Source of the DNA: Chrysomallon squamiferum
Taxonomy: Eukaryota; Animalia; Mollusca
NCBI GenBank assembly: GCA_012295275.1
Contig: CM022665.1
Location: 38,936,001 to 39,000,000 of the forward strand
Length of the DNA stretch: 64,000 nucleotides
Direction of reading: 5' to 3'
In this document: positions 55,118 through 64,000 of the stretch, piece by piece
Layout: every line of letters begins with the position of its first letter
Position numbering within the stretch: the stretch's first letter is position 1
The notes under the pieces: model-generated
Database searches by the model: none
Told to the model about the DNA's origin: nothing
The model's input: the letters and a program-made list of their open reading frames with translations, nothing else
Made by a program: the position numbers and the translations under genes

Positions 55118-58100
55118 TTTTTTATTTTAATTTTTTTATTTTTTTTTTTTATTTACCCCCCCCCCAGGACGTATAATCACTGCAAAATTATCTTTTACAA
55201 AAAAAAAAAAAAAAAAAAAAAGACTTATATTCTGTATTAACTTTACTTAAAGATTACAACAATTAACCAGTTATCATCAGGGATGTAGATTAATAAAATG
55301 ATTTACTGATAACATTGGCCATTCAAACAAACGGACAAACAAACGTATTTAAAGTAACAATTTATTATTCAGTTAAAAATATTTAATACTTGAAATCATT
55401 ATATTAAATACTAATACAGTTAATAAATTATTTTTCTATAACTATTACACAGATTAAGAACCCCCCATAAAACAATAAAAATAATAATAATGAAGTATTG
55501 CATTTTATATTTTATAGCAATACGTGTGTAATGTTTATGCTGTAAAACATGATGAGATGTCAGTGATTAAAGTATTGTATTTAGTGAACAGATGAAAAAT
55601 TGCCTCTGAGCTCTAGTTAACAAAAATAATTTAATACGTTAAAAAAAAAAATATTTCTACTGACGAAATCCTGAAACAGAGGAATAAGTGGAATTTTAGC
55701 AGAAATATATAAATATACATATATATATATATATAAAAGGCAATATAAATACTATTATTCACAGAACCTGTTTGTGTATCAACCACTTCTCTTCAGATTT
55801 TAAAGATACCCATCACCAAGCAGAGAAATGTCATAAGGAATAATATTATTACGAGCTTCAGTAAACATTTCAGTCTTAATTATTAGTTATTTGTATTTTC
55901 AAAGCACTGTATACACATCTGCATTTAACTTTTAGAGAAACGTCTGTAAAAGTGTTTCACTGAATATTTATACACCAGCAGAAAAATTATACTGATTTAT
56001 CTTAACTGATTATGTTGCATTTCACGTTCTGTCGAGAAGTATGAAATGTGGCAATGCATTTAAATAAAGTATTAAATCAGACAAGACTGCACTGAATGAA
56101 AAGTGTTCAGAAATTTACGAAAATACGATGTTTCGTCACAAAACGCAACACAACCACTGGCTGTTTTGAGAAAAACAACAATAATAATAAAAAAAAAGAT
56201 TAAATAACATTGCGTTTATCACCTTTTGAAATAAAAGCACATTTCCCAGTGCTAATAAATAAAATAAAATATTATATAATATAATTATTATTATTATTAT
56301 TTTAAATACACTAAAAAAAAAAAAAAAAAAAAAAAATTAATTAATAATACTGTGACAATGAGCCAATGAAAATCTGAAAATAACACATTAACAATACAGA
56401 AAATGAAGTAAATTTATTTGAAATATATGACAAAATAAAACATTTAAATGTTTGTATAATAAAGATTTTTAATTTTTTTTTTAAATTTATAATATGACTC
56501 TGAAACAAAAATGACATGACATCAATATTAAAATAACAGTACGTTATAAATAACACGATATTTTTTTCTCCTATTTATTTTCTAATATCATTATTTACAA
56601 ATGAAATTTTAAAATTCTGTTGTACCTGAGTAACGAGTTATCTGTAATTATAATAAGTCGAAGATGAAATGTTTAAATAATCCTGTAAAGTTAAGAGATA
56701 CGAAATAATTTACATTTCTACATTCATCTGATTCTATCGACCCTGTTTAGTATCTGATACAACACATACAAGAGTGAAATCATGCACAAAGATAAAGACA
56801 ACTTAAGACAATGAAATATTACTAAAATGTTTTTAAAAATAAAAAATAAATAATTAACTGATCTGCGTTAAAAATCTTTTGCCTTATTTAATTTAATTTG
56901 GCTCTGATTCAAAACCAAAATGGAGTCTTGTGTTTAAATGAACACTTTCAATGCATATACTGCAAGCATTTTACTTGGAAATGACCAGTGTGTCAATATG
57001 ACATAGCAGCCATCAAACGAATGAATGAACAAGAATGGTGACACCACAGGGTATTAAAATATATCCTCTAATTTCATGAACATAAAAAATAAAAGTGAAT
57101 ATAAAGGAAACATGTCTTCATGTGTCAGTGATTCTCAATATACAATAAACTTATTAAAAATGTATTCCTGAATAACTTATGGGATGGTGTACAATATATG
57201 TAAATTAATAAAAAGAGTAAAACATTTTTTTTTGGGGGGGGGGCTGGATCAAAAGAAGAAACATTTATATTTTACCACAAAATTTAAAATGGCTTGTAAT
57301 CTGCTGGGTTAGATTAAAAATAGTTTAATTAATTACTTTTTTGGTATCTAACATACATTAACAGGTCAGTAGATGCAGTTAGAAAGATTTCTCTTATGAA
57401 CAACATATTACAATCAAATAACAACAAATAAATAAAACATTGTTTTTGTTTTTGTTTAGTGGCTGTCCTTTTTATTTAATTTTTTTTTAAATTTTTTTTT
57501 TAAATTTTTTTTTTTTTTTTTTTTAATTTAAACTAAAATAAGTGTTTTCATTTCAAGTTCCCAATTACATAAGTAACTTTCTGAGCAAATGCATTTGATA
57601 AAAACAGAAGAAAAAATAAATTCTCTTTTAATAAGAATATTAAATAATAACAAAATTAAGTAATAATATTAAACAATACTAATAATAACAGATGAACTTG
57701 ATTATTTATTAACTGTTATCTAAATTCTTAATATTGTTAATATTAGAATATATCACCTATTCTTGGCAATCAGATTTGAAACATGAAGAATCTCTTATTA
57801 ATCACTACTTGGCTTTCTCACTGCAATACATTGCACTCACTTTCCACATGCAACTGAACTGCAGTAAAAGAACATCTAATTTCAAACAACGAAAGTTATA
57901 TACTTCAGACATTATTACAATACAATCCAATACCATTAGACAGTTTGGTTAAACTTGGATCAAAAATGAGTCATTACATATTATTCACATGCTTTCCCTA
58001 CTTAATTTTCAGTAAGTGAAAAAAAAACGTATTCCATGTTGTGTAATAAAATAACAAGATAATTATGTTTTATTTTTTTTGTTTGTTTTTTTAAATTACA

Positions 58101-58438
58101 TATACATATATATATTTTTTTTATTTTTTATTTTTTTAACCTTTATTTTATAAACGATTTCAAACAGCCCTTAAATCTCAGTTAATCACATGTCACTGTT
58201 AATATTAAGAGAAATTTCTCTCACAGGTCAATAAACATATTTGTAAAAATCACACATTAAATATTTTCAGTGCTCTCAGTATAACATCACACTGACATGA
58301 ACAGTTCCAATACAATACTTCAGTTATCTATTATATATACACCATACTACTATCTCCAGGTACAGTTTTCTGCTAAACTATATCTGAGAGTTGCATACTT
58401 CAGCCCTGTTCACGTTTATCAACAAACAAATAAAACTT

Positions 58439-58507
58439 CTATCTCCACTGACCACTTTGACTTCGATCTGGTCGCTGCCCAGGAAGAGGTCGAAATCTTT
58501 CTTGTTG
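58439..58507 (-). CDS. XRN2: Terminal coding exon of convergent gene (probable 5'-3' exoribonuclease 2)
   Basis: Strong acceptor tttctcttcttgtcttttcAG, phase 0; encodes QQERFRPLPGQRPDRSQSGQWR*. The exon is well supported; the gene identity is inferred. Confidence 0.6.
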   Translation of the reverse strand, partial: QQERFRPLPGQRPDRSQSGQWR

Positions 58508-58909
58508 CTGAAAAGACAAGAAGAGAAAAATATTTCTAAAATAAGCAAGTAACCCTTTCATTTAACAAAGACCTTAATTTTAACTGTAGTCTGGGTAAAA
58601 AAAAAAAAAATAAAATAAAAAAATAAAATAAAAAGCTGCTTTAAAAAAACTCTACATCTAACTGTCATTTATTGGAAAATTTTCATTTCATTTCAAATAA
58701 ATTTATCATACTGATTTTTTATACATACCAAAACGAATTTTGGAAACTGCCTCTGCTTTAAAAACAAAACATTTGATGAATCTTTGAAAAGAACTGACAC
58801 AAGAATAACGCCTAAATATTTTATAAATACAAACTAAAGATGTGGAGGAATGTAAAAAAAAAAAAAAAATACTTTAATTTTCTATTTTTTTTTGTTTAAA
58901 TATACTCAC

Positions 58910-59102
58910 TGTGCCTTGTTCATAAGCACCAGGTGCATTCTGTGTAGAATAACTTGCTGATGAATAGCTTTCATAGCCCATGTAGGTGCCACCATCGTTT
59001 GTATTGGCAGAATATCGGCTCTCTCTGAAACCACCACTACCACCTCCTCTGTTCCAGTGGTAGCTGCTTGAGCTGCTGCTGCTGCTTGGCTGGCCATAAC
59101 CC
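58910..59102 (-). CDS. XRN2: Penultimate coding exon, G/S/Y-rich (probable XRN2)
   Basis: Acceptor ttctttttttcacacAG and donor GTGAGT; 193 nt, phase 2 to 0. Encodes GYGQPSSSSSSSSYHWNRGGGSGGFRESRYSANTNDGGTYMGYESYSSASYSTQNAPGAYEQGT. Confidence 0.65.
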
Positions 59103-59524
59103 CTGTGTGAAAAAAAGAACAGCTGAATTGGATAAACTGTTACGGCTCACTTCATTTAAAAATAATGTTGCTGGTACTATCCAAAAACAGCTGAACAGCT
59201 CCTGTACTGACTGGTGGATAGGTAATGTAGATAAATATACTGGTTTCAAAACTAGCAATTTTTAACTACTGTCTTGTGACAATTACAAAGTTAAATTAGA
59301 ATTTAAAATGAAAACTAATCTGGTCAGGATTTGATGAAATTTCAGTCAAAATATTAAATCCATCTCTTTCAGTCCTGAACCAGGGGTGTCTCAAACTTTG
59401 TTAAATAAATTTACTATTTGAAAAAAAAAAAAAAAAAAAAATTTTTGTTATTTACTCATGAAATAACAGTGAGGCATGGGAAAAAATATTTTTAAAGAAC
59501 TCAGTATAAACTTATTACATATTA

Positions 59525-59875
59525 ATTATACCTTTGTGTGTCACATTCATACATACTTGTTTACAACATATTTGTATATATCCGTGCCATGAATATTGTG
59601 ATATTCATACATACTCCTCTGTAACATATTTATAACATTCAGAACATTCATATATACCCTGGTGACTTATTCATAGTACATACTTCTCCTGTGACATTCA
59701 AAATACCCCTGTGTGACATATATTATTTATACACATCCCTGTGTGGCATTCATACATATCCTTCTGTGAAATGTTCATACATGCCCCTTTGTGACATATT
59801 TATCCTTACCCCATGTGACATACATATATACCCCATTGTGACATATTTATACACACCCCTGTGAGTGATATTCCT
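59525..59875. repeat. Degenerate ~22-26-bp minisatellite overlapping an exon 3' end and donor site
   Basis: Minus-strand unit approx. GTATGTATRAATATGTCACA(C)AGGG repeated about a dozen times; the first unit is the exon end tcacaggg|gtgtgt. Confidence 0.8.
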
Positions 59876-60049
59876 GCCTGGGCTGTCTCCCACCGTAACC
59901 ACCACTGTCATAGCTGCTGCCTCCATAGCCACTGCCACGCCCACCTCCACGGCTGCCTCCCCTTCCACCTCTGCCACCATACATGTCATAGCTCCCTCCA
60001 CCTCTTCCACCACTGTATCCCTCCGATCTCTGTCCATAACCACCTCGAG
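59857..60049 (-). CDS. XRN2: RGG-rich coding exon (probable XRN2)
   Basis: Acceptor atatcttttcAG and donor GG|GTGTGT; 193 nt, phase 1 to 2. Encodes ARGGYGQRSEGYSGGRGGGSYDMYGGRGGRGGSRGGGRGSGYGGSSYDSGGYGGRQPRQEYHSQG, with phases matching both neighbours. Confidence 0.65.
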
Positions 60050-60140
60050 CTGAAAAGATATGTAAATAATGCATTAAAATTTTTAAAAAGTGACCATGAG
60101 AGAAAACACAAAGATGCAGTTAGACTGTTATGTTGTGTGT

Positions 60141-60174
<34 letters not shown>

Positions 60175-60297
60175 ATGTGTGTGAGCATGCATGCATTTGT
60201 GAGAGAAAGAGTGAGACAGATGAATAAATTTAGAGAGATTTCGCAAGAAAAAGTTAATAGAAAATAAAATAAAGTAAAAGTTAAAGAAAATCACCAC

Positions 60298-60337
<40 letters not shown>

Positions 60338-61369
60338 GATAAAAAAGAAAAAAGTGAAATAGAAGTACAAGAAATCAAATTTAGACATTATAATTAGAAG
60401 AGATTTAAAGCTGAATGTGATGACAAACAATAAGTGATTTAAACAAAGACGGGACATGACAGTGACTTGACGTTGGCTTGTGTCACCCAGCATGTCTACC
60501 ATCTGACAGACAATGGGAACTGTCAGCTGAAACATGATGGAAAGCTCTTCACCATTCACTGATGATGTCCACGCGAGTTTCTTGCTCTCTACTCTTTTCA
60601 TGGACAACCATCTTACAAACGCCCAAACAGGAAAGCCACTCTTCATGTTAAAAATAAAACGTCTTGTTACATGCCCAATAAAGCAGGAGAGAGAGAGACA
60701 TCCGGATATTTTTTTATTTTTTTATTTTTTTTTTAAATTTATTGTTTTCCTTCAGTCACTTTAGTTAATTTGTTTTCAATGTTTTCTGTCATTCATTTTG
60801 ATTAATGTCTTGTTGCTGACTGTCCTGTAATTACTGTAGTAGAATTACAATTATGAATGAACTGACTTAGTTGTCCGATTTCTCTTAAAATTTCTCAAAA
60901 GTGTAATAAAATAAAATAAGTGTTTTGTCTTGAAACTGAAAAGGAAATAAGATAACCAAAGTTTTTCTGATTCTTTTCCACACACCTGGTATTTAAAAAT
61001 AAAATTAAAATGAATTAGGGAGAAACAGATGTAATTAACATTTCATTTGAAAACATCTGTTCAGATTCAGATGAATATTTCAGGAACTGTTAAAAGCTTG
61101 CTTTCCCTTCCAACAAAAAAAAAGGACTGTTCATGCAACACTACCTTAAGACAACAATTTTGCTATTAACATTGTACATTGTTTGCAGTATGACTGAGAG
61201 TATCATATACTATAATTTTACACATATTATATATATAAAAAAAAAAGGAAGTAAAAGAAAGTTGATAATAAAAATGTATTAATTATTATTATTATTTTTA
61301 TAAAAAAAAAAAGCATTAATTATAAAAATTTATCTTAACTGCTAAAATTACTACTGGTAGCTTGTTACA

Positions 61370-61800
61370 CTCGTACAGAAGATTTGCTCAAGTCAGTGGC
61401 CCGATGTTTCTTCTGGAAATCTGCTAGTTTTTGTTCATAAATAAGGTTCAAACCTTGTCAATGAATGTCAATCAACGTGCACCCTCGACTCCCACTCCAC
61501 AGGCTCTCGAATCAAATCAAATTGGTGGTCATTTGCATATGGGAGCAAGTTATCCATTGTCATTGTAATTGAATTGGCCAAAGCGTGTCAAGTGTGACTT
61601 CGTTTAGGTCTGCGCTCTCTGCAAGTTTTTAAAGCTAATTGCAACTCATCATATTCTCTTACATTCGACGCAGCCAGACCCAGCAATCTCGTTGTGTCGT
61701 TTGCCAGTCAATTGTTTTGGATGAGGTGAAATTATTTAAGCTCCCTGTATGACTTGTATAATTATGATGTCACGCTGGAGTCAAGAGGTGTGTTATGATT
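61370..61800. promoter_or_regulatory. Candidate intronic enhancer
   Basis: CpG-retaining island in a CpG-poor intron. TTGGTGGTC (61522-61530) abuts ATTTGCAT (61531-61538), followed by CATTGT x2 (61555-61566) and TCAAGTG (61588-61594). Confidence 0.5.
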
Positions 61801-62949
61801 ATTATTTTTGTAATTGTTATGTTGATAGATTTATGTAATTAATTTTTAAAATCTTCTGAGGAAACAAAGTTATTTTCATTTCCATTCCCTGTGGCTGGAT
61901 TCGTATACAAATTCTGACTACTCAGTATCAGTAATTTGGCCATCAATTATGATATTTTATTTTTTCTTTCTTTGTTCCTTTCTTTTTCTTCTCTATTTTT
62001 TTTCAGTAATAAATACACAAAGATAAATAAAACATGTAAACAGTAAAACTGGTTTTGAGGAAAATGCTGACAGGCATTTAAAATGATAAATAAACCTATG
62101 TTCACAGATTCAATCATCTTCAAATTCAAATAATAAATTAATGTGTTCCTGAATGCAAATAACTCATTGTTTTTTATATAAAAATAAAAATAATTTACAT
62201 TAAGTTTCAATAAAAAAATTAAAAAAATTTCTAAGGATATTGTTTATTTTTAAATTTTTAGACAAAACTTTTAAAAAATGTAATCAGGTTGTTACTTATT
62301 ATTTTTTGGCTTAAAAGTTCCAGGTAAATTCAATAGTGGGCTGTACTTAAAATACACAAAATGTTCCCCACTAGTATTAACTGTACAAGTGGATTTTTAA
62401 CAAAATGATAACCAAAGATATATTGTACACTGATAACCAATAATGAACAAAAATATGTATCAATTAGTTTAGGCTGAATAACTGAAAAGTAAATGTGTAA
62501 GCAAAATTTTAAAAATTTGAAGTATCTAAAATAAAATTATCACAGGTAAGAAAATATAAAATGCACATCTTTAAAAAAAAAAAAAAAAAAAAAAACTGCT
62601 GACACATTTTACACAAAACAGGTAACCACTCGAGTTTTCTATTAAATCAGCACTTCTGTATTCATCACAATAAATACTTTAATTTTAAAGGAATAATTTT
62701 TCTTAATTGTTTTTACTTCACAAAATTACAAATAAAACTGCAATACATTTATATATGTCTGTGTGTATTTTTGGAAGAAGTAAAAAAACCTTGTTTTCAA
62801 TCAGCCATCCATTCTGTGGAAATTTTACAGCAGTAAACTCAAATTTCATTTAGATTTCATTATTGTCTGTTATCAAATTTACTTACTCAGAACCACCCAA
62901 ATAACATTTTTAAATTAAACAGTGGTGGCTCATAAATAAAAGAAGACCA

Positions 62950-63130
62950 GCACACTGCTAAGTTAACTTTTAGTGAATGTAAAATTATTCAATAACTTAA
63001 CTGGTCTGGGCAGTGTTAGGGTTAATGTTTAGTGAACAATAATATTAATTATTTTGGGGATGGTTTCAGATGTTATTTAATGAAATTTATTTTGGGCACT
63101 GTTAGAGATACCAGTTAGTGAACATTTTTC
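62950..63130. repeat. Degenerate ~40-55-bp tandem repeat, about 4 copies, intronic
   Basis: gggcagtgttagggttaatgtttagtgaaca and gggcactgttagagataccagttagtgaaca, plus two weaker copies. Confidence 0.55.
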
Positions 63131-63435
63131 AGTAACCATCAGTTATTGATTTATATATCATTCTGAAGCAAATATACAGCTTTAATTAATAATTACCACC
63201 AACAAATATATAGGATATATACAACAATGAAACACATCTTGATATTCATTTTTTATCTATTGTAAAGTTAATATACAGTTGTAATTAATGATAACAACAA
63301 TAAAACTCACTTTGTTGTACCTTTTTTATATTTCCATGAAAGAGATGCACTGTTTTAATTAATGAGTGATAATGAAATTACCTTGATGCACATTTTTATA
63401 TCACCAGTAAAGACACAGCAGATAATGGAACTCAC

Positions 63436-63524
63436 CTTGATAGTCTCTGCCATAGCCTTGTGATGGATACATGCTCTGTGATGACATCACATAACTCTGA
63501 TCAGTGGGTGTGTTGACACCGTGT
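63436..63524 (-). CDS. XRN2: Internal coding exon (probable XRN2)
   Basis: Acceptor tgttttgttttgacAG and donor GTGAGT; 89 nt, phase 2 to 1. Encodes HGVNTPTDQSYVMSSQSMYPSQGYGRDYQ. Confidence 0.65.
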
Positions 63525-63989
63525 CTGTCAAAACAAAACAATTGTAGTTACACTTTGATAATTTAACATTTAAAAATTTCATAAACATCTACTGCTACTT
63601 TATTAATTTAATAACATAAAGTCAAATAAACAATATATTGTCACACTTCAAATGCTACAATATTGCAAATTGGACCTTAAAACATTTTAATTTAATGGAA
63701 ATACTAAGTCAATATGACAATAATTATTTTCGAAACCATAATGATATAGAAAGCATAATTAAACAATTAACAACTGAAATCGTACACTTCATTATTAAAA
63801 AAGTTTTTAATTTTAAAAATCTATCATACCTGAAAACTAAATTTGTTATATTATTTTCCCAAATGTCACAACAATTCTATTTCACAGTGTAAGGGACGTA
63901 ACTCCAAAGAAATATAAATTTAAACATGACAACTGTAAAATAAATCTGTTATATTTCATACTGAATGTCAAACAAATTTTCATTATTAC

Positions 63990-64000
63990 CTGATCATTCG
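63990..64000 (-). CDS. XRN2: 3' end of an upstream exon cut by the window edge (probable XRN2)
   Basis: Minus strand reads CGA ATG ATC AG|GTAATA. The phase-2 join to the next exon gives RMIR-HGV, similar to the XRN2 motif at the start of the low-complexity tail (human AFRTLGHV, recalled). Confidence 0.5.

Noticed and set aside
58906-59258. ORF-track peptides MASQAAAAAQ... and MLVLKPVY...
   Set aside because: They are wrong-frame readings of the 58910..59102 exon; the splice-consistent frame is the G/S/Y-rich one.
59381-59400. CAGGGGTGTCTCAAACT resembling a hAT-type terminal repeat
   Set aside because: I found no matching opposite terminus or target-site duplication.
58910-60049. Two consecutive exons both exactly 193 nt, suggesting exon duplication
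   Set aside because: Their phases differ (1-2 versus 2-0) and I saw no nucleotide-level alignment beyond shared low complexity; likely coincidence.
60281-60646. 121-aa minus-strand ORF as an extra coding exon
   Set aside because: The flanking exons already join in phase, I saw no clear AG/GT pair, there is no recognisable motif, and the ORF ends in a poly-T-derived tract.

Overview
This is AT-rich, microsatellite-dense animal genomic DNA with spliceosomal introns and no prokaryotic features. The SINE remnants resemble, from memory, mollusc/gastropod Meta-type SINEs, but the organism cannot be fixed from the sequence alone. Two genes are supported. (1) A complete three-exon NK2.1 (NKX2-1/2-4, scarecrow) homeobox gene on +: CDS join(1583..1967,13477..13637,14856..15533), 407 aa from the first ATG or 395 aa from the conserved MSLSPKH start at 1619. 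It has the TN/eh1 motif, a Tyr54 homeodomain interrupted by an intron, the NK2-specific domain and a GRTW end. (2) The last five coding exons of a convergent gene on -: 63990..64000, 63436..63524, 59857..60049, 58910..59102 and 58439..58507. They splice in frame to a 184-aa RGG/Tyr-Gly-Ser-rich tail, which I infer is XRN2 from an RMIRH motif plus synteny with vertebrate XRN2-NKX2-4. Between the genes lies a ~43-kb apparent gene desert with many CpG-containing, motif-rich islands (candidate enhancers), SINE/LINE remnants, degenerate minisatellites and simple repeats. The most notable observations are the apparently ancient NK2.1-XRN2 linkage, a CpG-retaining Gli/octamer/Sox/NK2 motif cluster inside a CpG-depleted intron of the neighbour gene, a minisatellite built from a splice junction that creates tandem 5' splice sites beyond an in-frame stop, and a second promoter-like cassette near 54.8 kb. 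All regulatory calls are motif-based inferences; no searches or counts were run.
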